Below are positions 1 to 11,993 of a stretch of 64,000 bases of DNA, piece by piece. The notes under the pieces are model-generated. The model ran no database searches. It had not been told where the DNA came from and saw nothing but the letters and a program-made list of their open reading frames with translations. The stretch spans positions 4,402,001 to 4,466,000 of the forward strand of contig OZ210884.1 in the NCBI GenBank assembly GCA_964658305.1. The letters run 5' to 3'. Positions within the stretch are counted from its first letter, which is position 1; every line of letters starts with the position of its first letter. The stretch comes from Leptogorgia sarmentosa (taxonomy: Eukaryota). The position numbers were made by a program, and so were the translations under genes.

Positions 1-7
1 ATTTCAG

Positions 8-1336
8 GTAAAACAGAAACAGAAATCGAAATTAGACTTCCAGTACATTCAGCGAAAAAGTTTGGAGTTTGCATAGATTCGCCTTTATTCGGAAATCTAA
101 AAACAAAGGCAATTATAGAAAACATCGAAATTAACAAAGTGCTTGGTGCAGAATGGTTTACATTTTACATCTACAAAGCTGATCAAACCGTGATAGAGGT
201 AGTGTAAACTAAACTGTAAATTAAAGTAAATTAAACTGTAAACCAGTCTATCGACATTTTATGGCCCAACCAATATCGACGCTCGCGACTAGTTGTTTTT
301 TATTATTTAAATTTATAAAGTTTAAAGCCTTCTGATTATTATCGAAATACCTACCTCCTCCACAAGCTCGAGCTTCTTCGACTTTCCTGCAAGTGTATTA
401 ACTACCCGCGCATGTATTCCTAAATTTACGCCTGCACGCATTAGCTACTAATTTCTATTAAAAGCGCAGTGGACGAGGTAGTCGGAATACCAACGCCTTT
501 GAGGGCGCATGCGCAAGTAACCGGTAGATATATATGAGCCTAAGTCCCGCTCTCTAATTCTCTGCAGTGTCAGATTAATATGAATCCAGCTTATCATATT
601 TCTGAGAATGATTAATGAAATAGCATCTCACAAGCGTTGCCATATATTCCTTGTGTAGGTACTTCACGAATATGCGAGTGAAGGAACAGTTGAAGTCGTC
701 GAAAATTGGGGAGATGGTTTGCCTAAAGATCATTCTATACCTCATTTTGGTCAGTCTTTGAGTATCTACGAATGTGCTTATAGGAATATGCACCGGGTAA
801 AGTATTTAGTTTATACCGATTTAGACGAGTTCATTGTTCCCAGAAAATCAATAGGATGGTCAGATATGATGAAGCAAATAGAGAATGAAAAATATGGAAG
901 TTATATGTTCAGAAATGCGTTCTTCTTTGAAAGAAACATTAACACTACAAAAGATACAGGGAAACATGAAAACAGTTTAGCAGTCAATGGAACATGTAAC
1001 GTTGAGATGCCGAAATTTTTAACACACTTATTTCGTTCTCCAAAAGTTTGGGACGCTGGTAGAAGGTCAAAATACATTATTAAACCGCTTTGCACGCAAT
1101 TAGCCAGTATCCTCGTACATCAGGTCAGACATAGTGGAAATTACGCCCGGTATGTTGTGCCACCAGATTATGCCTTGCTGAACCACTATAGAAAATTGCG
1201 TAGAAACGTGGTGATTTTTGGGGGAAATGTGAAAGATCTCCGTATCCTAGATGAGCACACTTTTGCTTATCAAGAGAAGATTGTTACAACATTGAATAAA
1301 CGTTTGTGTGGTCTAAAACCTGTCCTAGGCAAGTAA
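8..1336 (+). CDS. GT92/DUF23 glycosyltransferase, copy 1 (exon 1 lies upstream of the window); exons 8-198 and 659-1336
   Basis: ttcag|GT AAA ACA exon gives FGVCIDSPLFG and IENIEINKVLGAEWFTFY, with donor GAG|gtagt. The last exon after tgtag| carries GQSLSIYEC, YTDLDEFIVPR (DxD), SKYIIKP and LLNHYR, typical GT92 (GALT-1-like) motifs. Confidence 0.85.
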
Positions 1337-1876
1337 AACCGATCAAAAACACGAACAAAAAGTAGCCATATCAATTCGATAAACTCAGTGTAGGTACTTA
1401 ATTAACACTAGCGAGTTTAAGTTTGATGCTAGATACCAATACCGATGACTCATTCTCATCCTTAGTTCTACCACTAGTTTGAATTGTACAAATTATTAAC
1501 ATGTAATCCAATGCCAAGGTTGAAATGAAGAATTGGACAACTGATGATTGTCTTGAGAAGACAATGCTCTTTATTTTCTACTATAATACTATTACTGATA
1601 GCGAGCTTGTATAAATTCTATGTTTGGTATGCCGTACATGTGGGAAGTAACAGGGTTTGTCTGCCAAGTTGTTGCAGCAATAGGTGTATGTGTTTTAACT
1701 TTCAAATAATAACGGCAAATATGGAGCATATGATTACAAGGAATTCGTGGGAGACGTCGCCACATCAACTATTACCTCATCGAAATATCACACAGACATC
1801 CGAGCGATTAATACTTTCAGTCACGCTTGTGACGTCACTGCCGTTCATTAGTATGACGTAACGTGTGTAACTGACA

Positions 1877-3386
1877 TTATTATATGGACAGCGGTATTTT
1901 ATTGGGAACTAAAACACTCGTAGAACTCATACGCCACTACATCCGGGATACGGTGCGCGTATTTTCCGTATGTCACGCTTAGGGGTGACATAACCTTCCC
2001 GCCTTTTTCGCTGTTTACAAATGGCTTCTACTTCAAGGTTTGTCAATTTAAGCGAAGACGATATTAGTGCGTTTTGCGACGAACAATAAAGCTACAATAC
2101 TACATTAAACTACAATAAAGCGGTATTTTATAATCTATATTTATAGTAAAGGCTAATTTTAAAGCCATTAATTGTCGTGTTTTAGACTGCATGTTTTCAT
2201 TAAAAGTGTAGTTGTTGTGTATTATGTGTAACTCTGAATAAGTCCATTATAATAAACAGAACATTACACGGTTCGCTCGAAGATATGGATTTTATGTTCT
2301 CGTGGCAAGAACATAAAATCCATATCTTCTCGCAACCGTGTAATATCCTACATTTATTATATGGACAGCGGTATTTTATATGGAACTAAAACACTCGTAG
2401 AACTCATACGCCACTACATCCGGGATACGGTGCGCGTATTTTCCGTATGTCACGCTTAGGGGTGACATAACCTTCCCGCCTTTTTCGCTGTTTACAAATG
2501 GCTTCTACTTCAAGGTTTGTGAATTTAAGCCAAGACGATATTAGTACGTTTTGCGAAGAACAATAAAGCTACAATACTACAATAAACTACAATAAAGCGG
2601 TATTTTACAATCTATATTTAGTAAAGGCTAATTTTAAAGCCATTAATTGTCGTGTTTTAGACTGCATGTTTTCATTAAAAGAGTAGTTGTTGTGTATTTG
2701 TGTCACTCTGAATAAGTCCATATAATAAACAGAACATTACACGGTTCGCTCGAAGATATGGATTTTATGTTCTCGTGGCAAGAACAATATCTCACTCGTT
2801 CGCTGCGCTCACTCGTGAGATATTGTTCTTGCCACTCGAACATAAAATCCATATCTTCTCGCAACCGTGTAATATCCTATATTTATTATATGGACAGCGG
2901 TATTTTATTGGGAACTAAAACACTCGTAGAACTCATACGCCACTACATCCGGGATACGGTGCGCGTATTTTCCGTATGTCACGCTTAGGGGTGACATAAC
3001 CTTCCCGCCTTTTTCGCTGTTTACAAATGGCTTCTACTTCAAGGTTTGTGAAGTTTTGCGACGAACAATAAAGCTACAATACTACAATAAACTACATTAA
3101 AGCGGTATTTTATAATCTATATTTAGTAAAGGCAAACTTTAAAGCCATTAATTGTCGTGTTTTAGACTGCATGTTTTCATTAAAAGGGTAGTTGTTGTGT
3201 ATTTGTGTCACTTTGAATAAGTCCATATAATAAACAGAACATTACACGGTTCGCTCGAAGATATGGATTTTATGTTCTCGTGGCAAGAACAATATCTCAC
3301 TCGTTCGCTGCGCTCACTCGTGAGATATTGTTCTTGCCACTCGAACATAAAATCCATATCTTCTCGCAACCGTCTAATATCCTATA
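1877..3386 (+). mobile_element. Head-to-tail trimer of a ~500 bp non-autonomous element with asymmetric IR and 3' hairpin (Crypton-like); units start at ~1877, 2353 and 2882
   Basis: Three near-identical units. The left end TTATTATATGGA is inverted to an internal TCCATATAATAA, followed by the hairpin ATTACACGGTT...CGTTCGCTGCGCTCACTCG...AACCGTGTAAT. Stub ORF MASTSRFVNLSEDDISAFCDEQ* at 2021-2089. Confidence 0.8.
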
Positions 3387-3503
3387 TGTATTTGCTGGGA
3401 TGCCGTGAAAATATCGTGTTCGTAATCTAACTCGAAGTTTGGCCATTTATAATAATCCTACATGTCTTTACTGAATATGGTTTGATTCCAACTACTTGTG
3501 GAA

Positions 3504-4485
3504 CACCCGTTAAACAAAGACCTCAACGGGTAGTACCCGATATTTCTCAATTGAGAACATGGGTAATGCCCACGCTGGACTATCGTCTAAGTAGCCTGGC
3601 CAGGTAAGTTATGAACAGTGATTGCCCGGGTCTATAATCATATGCATTTAGCCAGGCCAGAGTGGTGAGCAGCGAGCTCGATTTAGCTCAAGTGGTAAGG
3701 CACGCGGTGCGTGCGTTGCAGTTCTATAGTTCAAACCCCAGTACGACACATTTTTTCAGCGTTGGTGATGAAAACTTTTTTTCTCAATATTTTTATGACC
3801 ACAATGGTCAGGGTTAGGATTCTAGGGTTTGGGTTGGGATTAAGGAAATTCTTAGTATATAGAAAAATGGTTTATATCTTACATTGTTATATAGTTGGTG
3901 TCAAAGTTCAATTTTCCTGTTTGCTGATTCGACAAAACCGTATCACGTGCCGGTCCACAAAACGTCATGTTCGCCAACCGGTCAAAAATCAAAAAATTAT
4001 TGACTGGGCAACAATTAAATGGGCATAATGCGCATGCGCGTCAACCGTGAAATCCAAAGTTCATTCAATCGTACGATGTTTTTTAAATTTATCGAACATT
4101 TACGGCGTAAGGCGTCCTATTTAATGTCTGTTTTTTTATTTCAAAGTTCGCTCCAGTATTAAACCGGTGAATTCATTCATATTTTGACACTAAACTATAT
4201 AACAAAACACTTATTTACTGAAACCTCGAGAAATATTGTGTTTTGTGGCCCCTCGACCGCCATTGTTGCCCTCGGCTTCGCCTCGGGCAACAACGGCGGT
4301 CTCGGGGCCACAAAACACAATGTTTCCCTCGGTCTCAGTAAATAAGTGATAACTATATAACTATATCAAGAGTAATACTAAAACGCCGACCAGCAAGCTT
4401 AGGCGATAGTCCAGCGTGGGCATTACCCGTGTTCTCAATTGAGAAATATTGGGTACTACCCGTTGAGGTCTTTGTTCAACGGCTG
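3504..4485. mobile_element. MITE with ~85 bp TIRs and 7 bp TSD (TGTGGAA), CA...TG ends; carries a nested insertion
   Basis: CACCCGTTAAACAAAGACCTCAACGGGTAGTACCC... pairs with ...GGGTACTACCCGTTGAGGTCTTTGTTCAACGGCTG. TGTGGAA occurs at 3497-3503 and 4486-4492. A second copy lies at 22643. Confidence 0.88.
3887..4353 (+). mobile_element. Nested non-autonomous element, asymmetric IR plus 3' hairpin type
   Basis: Absent from the 22643 copy of the host MITE. Left TATATAGTTGGTGTCAAA is inverted to TTTGACACTAAACTATATA (~4183-4201), then hairpin CACTTATTTACTGA...CTCGGCTTCGCCTCG...TCAGTAAATAAGTG. Confidence 0.78.
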
Positions 4486-6081
4486 TGTGGAAATAACAAA
4501 TATACAAATTGCTTGTAATTGTTTCCCTTTTGTCCATAAAAACAGGTGTACCTGTTACAGCAGCTAAAGAAATGTGACCTAAAATAATTTTGCATACATA
4601 TATTTGATCTTAGTTTCAGTTTTAAATTTCGCGAGTAAAAGTGAATGAGAATAATCTATTCCTACGATGTTATGAAACTGTTTTAAAATCAGGTAAAATC
4701 AAGTTTGGTGATTGCAAAAACTTTTATTTGAAGCAGGTATATCTCTACTTTTATTTATATACATATATAGAGAGTGCTATTTGTTTATATATATTATAAC
4801 ATTGTTGAAAAAATATTGTTTTAATATTTATCTAATGACGATGTTACTAACACGACTAAAAATTAAAACTTCGACATCTCACCTTTACGAACAGTACCGT
4901 GTGAACACTCTGCAGGCGTAGGTTTGTAAAGTGCCATATAGACTGTGGTATTATATTCAAGGCGTTAATATAATGCAGTTCCTCATTATAATCAGTCGCT
5001 TCTTCTTCCTAGCCCGATTAGCTTACCCCGTTGGAAAAGTCATATTCAAATCACACATTCATTCGTCTTGTAAACAACTGAATAAATATTTCAATCTCTA
5101 AATATAGGCATGTATTCATAATTGTTGTTAATTTCAGATTGAAAATTATTATTTTGATTATTTAATGAAAACATAAAGACTTGCAGGATAATCTGCCGGG
5201 ATTTATCGACCGTTTAAGGGGCTACAAACCCGTCCCGTATACAAATATATACACTGACATTTTTTTTCAAAATGGCGGTTTACCGAATAGCCATACCGTG
5301 AATCACCTGTAATTGTAATCACATGGCCTTCGCGAGTTAATCACAACTTCTCGCATCTAGGTGTAATCGGGACTAATCGCAACTTTGTGGCCTTGATTGG
5401 GTATAAAGTTATAGGATTAGCGATAATGAGCTGCAATTCTACAAAACATATAGTTGATGATAAGCTGCCACGATTGGGTTTCGGGTTAGGATTAGCGAGC
5501 TGCAATCTACAAAACTTGCGCGAGTGAAACATGACCTGACATGACTTGACCTTCGAAAACTAGCACGAGTGAAACATGAGTCGAGTGTAAATCAATGATT
5601 ATCCGGAAATTGACGCATGTATATAGTTACAGTTGCTAGGTAACGGACTAGCAAAATTGTAATATTGCGTAAATTTCAATTCATAGTCAGCGGGATTCTT
5701 CTCTTAAATGTTTAAAAAAAATCAAAAACGACCAGATTTTCGACGAGAGAAGGGAAAATAAAAAAGTAATAATTCAAGTTTAGTTGGAAAATGATTTGTC
5801 CACTTTATGGAAGTTTTTAGTCCTGCTCAGCAGGACTAGCAGGAACGCTGGCTGTACGGCACTGGGAACTCTCCCATACTATAGGCTAGGAATTGGGAAA
5901 TTTAATGTCATTTTTCTCCGTTACATGCTATGATAAATCGATTGTATTCATTCTATAAACTGTTAATCACAACGATACTTATTCAGTACTTTTTTCCCAG
6001 CTTTAGGAAGGAAATGAACAACATTGAGAGAAAGCAAGACACGTCAAAGAATTTAATATAACACAATTTGGCAAACATATA

Positions 6082-8847
6082 ATGAATCTTTCCAATGTCA
6101 GAAAATGTCGACGTAATTTTATACTTCTTCTTGTGATAAGCTTTTTAACAAGTCTCTATTTTACTGCAACGTATTTATCTATAATTAATCAAATGGAAAG
6201 GTATCTTCAGCATTTCAAGACTACTAACATAAACTTCAAAAAAGCCAGCGTAATTGATACAACGAGCCATTGGAGAAAACTTGGTCGGGCAACATTTGTA
6301 TTTACTGCTTATCTCGATGATCGCAGTCCAGACTCCATCTTAATAACTGTTTTGGGATTTGATGGTCGGTCAGAGCCTCGCCTAAATGGCACGTTGTTAC
6401 TTCACAGTGGTGAAAGAATTCCTCTCGGCGGTTGCAAAGATAAAATAGCCTTAAACGATCCTGGAACTCTAAAACGGCTGAGGCCATACGCATACCAGTG
6501 GCCTTTGCCAGCTGAGTTTTCTACTGCAACCTACCTGAGGTCCATTCTCGTTCAACAGTTCCATCCAAAAACAGGTCATTTCATATTCTCAACTCATGCA
6601 TAGTTAAATTTGCCAATAAGGAGATTGCATTATACTAGTTAAAAAACATAGTATACAGTTACTGTCCAAAAGTCTAAATACAGGTGGAAAAAATAGATTT
6701 AATCACTTAATATATATCAAATGAAATAAGTACGACTGATTTAAGGATGTTAGACATGGTATAAATGATAACATTTTGTGGCTCATTAAACGAGAGGGAC
6801 GCAAATATTATCTCAAATATAAATAGAGGAGGGTCAATTTGTGAACGAGTAGGCCTACTCTGGGGTCTAAACTCGCCTAAACTCGCCTAAACTCACAGCA
6901 TATTGAAATTATCTTTTACCCTTAACTCGCCTAAACTCGCCTTAACTCGCACCAGCTACATAGCATGATTTTCCCTTAACTCGCCTTAACTCGCCTAAAC
7001 TCGCCTAAACTCGCCTAAACTCGCCTAAACTCGCCTTAACTCGCACAAACTCGCACCAGCTACATAGCATGATTTTCCCTTAACTCGCCTTAACTCGCCT
7101 TAACTCGCTTTTACCTGCCTAAACTCGCGGCGAGTTTAGACCCCAGAGTAGGCCTACGAGTATAGGATTGTATTTATAGAATTTTGGGTAGTAACAGTAT
7201 GTATTTAAAAAATAATTGTCATATGTGTCAACATCGAAAGCACAGTGCGCATTTGTGAGAAAGGCAAAGGGCTTGTTTTTTTGTTTGCTCTTTCCTTCTT
7301 CCGGTATCCAGTTGATCTCGCGTTCGTGTTTTAGCCAATCAGCGCTCAGAAAGGGTTGTCCGAATAGAAATCCATTTTGCTATATTCATTCGATTATATC
7401 TTTCGTTATTCTGTATAAAACTAGTTGAAATTTTGTAATTATGTTCAGTTATAAGAACTATAGCTCTGACAAAAATATGGAATCGAAATAAAGTATATTA
7501 TGGGAGATATTCAGTTGTTTCAATCGAAAAATGGATTTCTATCCGACAGCTAGTCCCAGTCCTTTTCCGTGTATTGAGATCACCTGGATAATAAAACGGA
7601 AAATCATATATTTTAGGTTTTCATCGTTTCAGATTAAATTAAAACAGAAGTTTTAATTGCATTTCCAGTTCTTCCGAAGAAAAAAATTGGAGTTTGCATA
7701 GATCCACCCTTATTCGGATACACGGATGGAGAACATAATTGAACACATCGAATTAACACAGTGTATACACATTTTTCCATTTCAGGTAAGACAGAAACAG
7801 AAATCGAAATTAGACTCCCAGTACATTCAGCGAAAAAATTTGGAGTTTGTATAGATTCGCCACTATTCGGAAATCTTAAAGCAAAGGCAATTATAGAAAA
7901 CGTCGAAATTAACAAAGTGCTTGGTGCAGAATGGTTTACATTTTACATCTACAAGGCTGATCAACACGTGATACAGGTAGTGTTGCGCTTAGTTTTGAAA
8001 TAAGAAACATTGTAGATCCTTCCCCTGATAGCCTGTTACACACAAGCCACCTTGTATTATTATCTATAAACATATTAAACTTTCTCAAATAGTCTTCAAA
8101 AAAAGGAGGCTAATTAAAATTATAGTTTACAAAAATGAAATTTTCACGTGTTGGTATAAATTTTTCGTGTAGGTACTTCACGAATATGCCGATGAAGGAA
8201 CTGTTGAAGTCGTGGAGAATTGGGGAAAAGGTTTGGAAAGAAAATCTGTGAATTACTACGGTCAGAGACTGAGTATCTACGAATGTGTGTATCGGAATAT
8301 GCACTGGGTGAAGTATTTAGTATACACCGATTTAGATGAATTTATTGTTCCCAGAAAATCAATAGGATGGGCAGATATGATGAAGCAAATAGAGAATGAA
8401 AAATATGCAAGTTACATGTTCCGAAATACATTCTTCTTTGAAAGCGAAAATAACACTGGAAAACATTTAGCGAAAATGAAAGTCAGATTACCTAGCAATG
8501 GAACGTGTGAAATTGAGATGCCCAAATTTTTAACTTACTTATTTCGCTCAACAAAGATCTGGGATGTGGCAAGAAGGTCAAAATATATTGTAAAACCTGT
8601 TTGCTTGCAATCGTCACATATGTTAGTACACCAAGTCAAACATAGAGGACGTCTTGCCAGATATGTTGTGCCACCAGATTACGCCTTGATGAACCACTAT
8701 CGAATATTCCGTAAGGGGATATTGCCCGTTGAGGAAAATGCGAATGGTCACCAGCATATTCCAGATAAGGACACTCTAGTTTATGAAGAAAAGATTGTTG
8801 CAGCATTGAATACACGTTTTTGCGGACGGGGTGCTAATCTGTCCTAA
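6082..8847 (+). CDS. GT92/DUF23 glycosyltransferase, copy 2 (type II membrane protein); exons 6082-6574, 7786-7976, 8173-8847
   Basis: Basic N-tail plus TM segment (RRNFILLLVISFLTSLYF) and FVFTAYLDDR. Phase-compatible GT-AG junctions (1, then 0). DLDE and NHYR motifs in exon 3. Confidence 0.88.
6850..7156. mobile_element. MITE with TAG...CTA ends, 4 bp TSD CGAG (Academ-like) and internal 10 bp AAACTCGCCT repeats; in GT92 copy 2 intron 1
   Basis: TAGGCCTACTCTGGGGTCTAAACTCGCC pairs with GGCGAGTTTAGACCCCAGAGTAGGCCTA. CGAG flanks both ends; a 6 bp ACGAGT TSD with AGG...CCT ends is an alternative reading. Confidence 0.8.
7354..7550. mobile_element. Small degenerate MITE
   Basis: Imperfect TIRs GGTTGTCCGAATAGAAATCCATTTT and AAAATGGATTTCTATCCGACAGC. 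Confidence 0.55.
7633..7763 (+). pseudogene. Dead duplicate of GT92 exon 2, just upstream of the functional exon
   Basis: After tttcag| it reads (D)*IKTEVLIAFPVLPKKKIGVCIDPPLFGY..., homologous to KTETEIEIRLPVHSAKKFGVCIDSPLFG. It has an in-frame TAA and later indels. Confidence 0.75.
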
Positions 8848-9381
8848 CAGATTAATCTGTCCCAGGAGAGAATTAATTTAAGCTATAAATTCCGAATCTT
8901 CAAAGAATGTTCTATTCAATAGAAACATTTAACAGAATTTGATAAAATAATTAGGCATAGGAAACGTTTCAATTATAATACAATTCACCTGTGACATGTA
9001 CAGTTTTCTTTAGTTTTCCATTTGCATTACAGAATTGCATGCTTGAACATTACAAGGAAGTAAACAATGAAGTTTAACGTCCTGTAAAACACGTGGCTCC
9101 CAAGATAAATGCCAAAATTTTTATCTTACCTGAAATTCTGTTGTAATCCCATCCATCGTCGGCGCCATAGTAATGAAGGCTTCCGTTGTTTACAGTTACA
9201 ATAAACATCTGAATTTCTGCACAGAAAATGCTGCGGTTACCGTCTTGTTTGTTCTGAATATAGATGACGACAGCCGAAAAAACCCCGGCCAAGACTGAGA
9301 TGATTCTCAGTCGTCTTTATCGACTGACATACTCTCAATCGAATTACACACTGAAACAGTAGTTTTCAAGCTAAATTCTAT

Positions 9382-9677
9382 TAGTAGAATCATACTCGTA
9401 TACTATTGCAAATGCTGCAATTTGATTGGCTACTCTACTCGCTATCTATTCCTCGATAGATAGCGAGTAGCAAAATATGTGAATTTTCGTTCCAGAAAAT
9501 GTCTTCTGAGACGCGGTTTTAAATTATTTTTTGCAATATTTTCATGTTTGATCTCTGATTCTACTAAAACAATTAGATTACTCGCTCTCGATTTCTACGA
9601 GATGATAGTTGATTCGGGCTTCGCCCTCATCAACTATCACCTCATAGAAATCTCGAGCTCGTAATCTAATTGTTAAT
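9382..9677 (+). mobile_element. Non-autonomous element, asymmetric IR plus 3' hairpin type (also at 17102-17397 and 41947-42242)
   Basis: Left TTAGTAGAATCA is inverted to internal TGATTCTACTAA. GATTGGCT (CCAAT box) lies near the left end. Hairpin ACAATTAGATTAC...GGGCTTCGCCC...GTAATCTAATTGT. Confidence 0.8.
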
Positions 9678-10124
9678 TAGAATCTGAAAGATTGAAACTT
9701 AGCAACTATAACGACGCACTCAAAGTCGCATCGTAACCACTATATGTATATTTCCGTTAACGTAAACACGTCTAGCTTGTTACGGACCCCCAACCTGCAC
9801 GTAAGCAGCCATGCAGCTAGAGCAAAAATTTCATTGAGAAGACAGTGGTGACCGGATTTGAAACTGGAAATGTGTGCACTCGCTAAACAAAGTAAGAGTG
9901 TTGGAATGGAAAAGGCATTTCTTTATTCTACTTAGCACTGTTTAGTAACTTTGAGTGAGAATCAGTTCTTGACATTTGAAGGATTCGCCTGATCAGTCAG
10001 CTATATTGATGTTCTCGTATCTAAAGATACAGATTAAAAATGAAGGATACGAAACTGTTTTTTGTCAGTTTAACGAAGTACAGTATAATAATTTACTTCA
10101 TTCGTGTATGTCGTTTGAGCTCAT

Positions 10125-10275
10125 TGAACTGACTTCGACAGTTCGGGCTGTACTGGAAAATATCAAACCTTGATCTTGCTGTATTACCAGTCGCTATCTC
10201 TCGCTCAATACAGCAAGACCTCAAAGTTTGATATTTTCCCGTACAGCCCTCACTTTCAGTCAGTAAGTTGTTAAT
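10125..10275 (+). mobile_element. 3' hairpin of another asymmetric-IR element family
   Basis: ACTGAC...GGGCTGTACTGGAAAATATCAAAC..TCTTGCTGTATT pairs with AATACAGCAAGA..GTTTGATATTTTCCCGTACAGCCC...GTCAGT. The right arm recurs at ~17680, 35365, 42525 and 57335. Confidence 0.6.
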
Positions 10276-10976
10276 ACTCAGGGCCGTAGCTAGAACGTTA
10301 TAATTGAAGGCTCATCCGGGGTGAGTCAGAAAAACTGATATTTTGAAATTCAAATTAGCTGCATTTCATCATTTAATCGCACCGACGTTGCCTGAATATC
10401 CCATAATAGCTATGAAGCATGTCAAATAAACAGACGATATAAATTCCGCCTGTGGGAGTCTGATTATGTATTATTGTTAAATTGTAGCAAGAGCTTCTCG
10501 CGCTTAATATGAATTTTTAATCCAGGGTAAATATACCAAGTATATGCAATATATAGCTTATTCCGAAGCTGTTGTCACGGCATCATAAAATTATGGTAAC
10601 GGAATGTTCACCAGCCACTGTGCAATACTGGTACAGCATTTAAAAAACAATTTTGCTTTTTATGTTCAGAGATAGCTATCATTAATTTGTGCAATCAAAT
10701 TGGCATACCGTGGAGTAAATGAAGTCACAATTTGTCTAATTTGAATATTTTCAAAAGGCGAATATCTCTTCAAGGAGACGATATAATGAGAGTTAATAAT
10801 GAAGCATTCTTTCAATATAAACCATCACCACATTATCGGTTTCTCAATATATATCGTCTCCTTCAAGAGATTTTCGCCTTTTGAAAATATACAAGATGGT
10901 TTATATTGAAAGGATGTTTCATGCATGCAGATGAAAATTAGAGATTGAAAATTTTTCCATAACAGTGCCACTTTAA

Positions 10977-11093
10977 GCCGATGTTACACGGGATGATTTT
11001 CATTGCAATGCAAATGAGTTGCACGAGATTTGATTGGTTAAGCAGCTGTTGCGATGCGAATTCTCGTTAAAAATCATTCCGTGTAACATTGGC
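10977..11093. mobile_element. PIF/Harbinger-type MITE, TAA TSD (copies at ~36136 and ~58109)
   Basis: TAA|GCCGATGTTACACGG...CCGTGTAACATTGGC|TAA. Confidence 0.75.
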
Positions 11094-11224
11094 TAATTAA
11101 AGCATATCAATTATGTGCTTGATTTAGCTGAAGAACACGCGTGCTACGTACATTTTATTGTAGGGATATGAATTTTCGTGCTGCTCCTAGAATATAGTTG
11201 CATCGAGTTGAGTGTATATATATA

Positions 11225-11993
11225 TTTATTATATGAGTATAGAATTTTATACGCGATAAAGTCGTCGAATAAAAATCATATGTCTAAAATTTCCGAGGAT
11301 CTCATTGGACGTACGGAATTCGCCACTAGTGAAAAACGTCGTATAAGCCTTCTCATTGGACGTACGGAATTCGTCACTAGTGAAAAATTTGATATTAAGT
11401 TTTCTCGGCCATTAAAGAAAAAAACAACAATCAGTTTTGTAGACGTCTGTTTGACTTTTCGTTTGAAATGGCTCCACATGCACGTTCCCCACAACAGTAC
11501 AAACGAATAAGATTAATTGACTCAGACTAAATGTTATTGATGTCTAGATTCCGACTGAGGTCTAGTTTATTTTAAAACTTTGAGTCACATTTCGTTCTTA
11601 ATACGTTACTTATTAATTGTAAATTATTCGTATTTAAATTTGACTCGAAGTACAGTAACTGTTTATCAAGTTTTTGAGCTTTGTAAAATTTCAACGACAT
11701 TTTTAAAGCGAAATCGTTTCGTTGTCGTAGCTATTTTTGTATGTTTTAATACATATTTTTGAAACGTTGGGTTTGAATTGAGTCTTTCACCATTCAGCAC
11801 TTAAATTTCACTCTACAATATAATTATAACTCATATAATAAACAAATTACTTCATGTTTGACTCGTTTGTACGATTTTTATTCACTCGTTGTGAAAGATT
11901 AAACTCACTCGTTCGCTGCGCTCACTCGTTCGATCTTTCACAACTCGTGAATAAAAATCGTACGCACTCGTCAACCATGAAGTAATCTCTATA
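11225..11993 (+). mobile_element. ~770 bp asymmetric-IR plus hairpin element inserted in a (TA)n tract; absent from the paralogous sites
   Basis: Left TTATTATATGAGT is inverted to ACTCATATAATAA (~11829). Hairpin ATTACTTCATG...CGTTCGCTGCGCTCACTCG...CATGAAGTAAT. Empty (TA)n sites at 36374-36391 and 58346-58359. Confidence 0.88.

Noticed and set aside
3679..3750. Functional tRNA gene
   Set aside because: A/B boxes are present, but I could not fold convincing acceptor and anticodon stems, and it lies inside a MITE.
5815..5845. Short hairpin TAGTCCTGC-TCA-GCAGGACTA after a T-run, as a Helentron-type end
   Set aside because: Single occurrence; no matching other end was identified.
6868..7130. AAACTCGCCT array as a CRISPR or independent satellite
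   Set aside because: There are no unique spacers; the repeats are contiguous and enclosed by the TIRs of a MITE.
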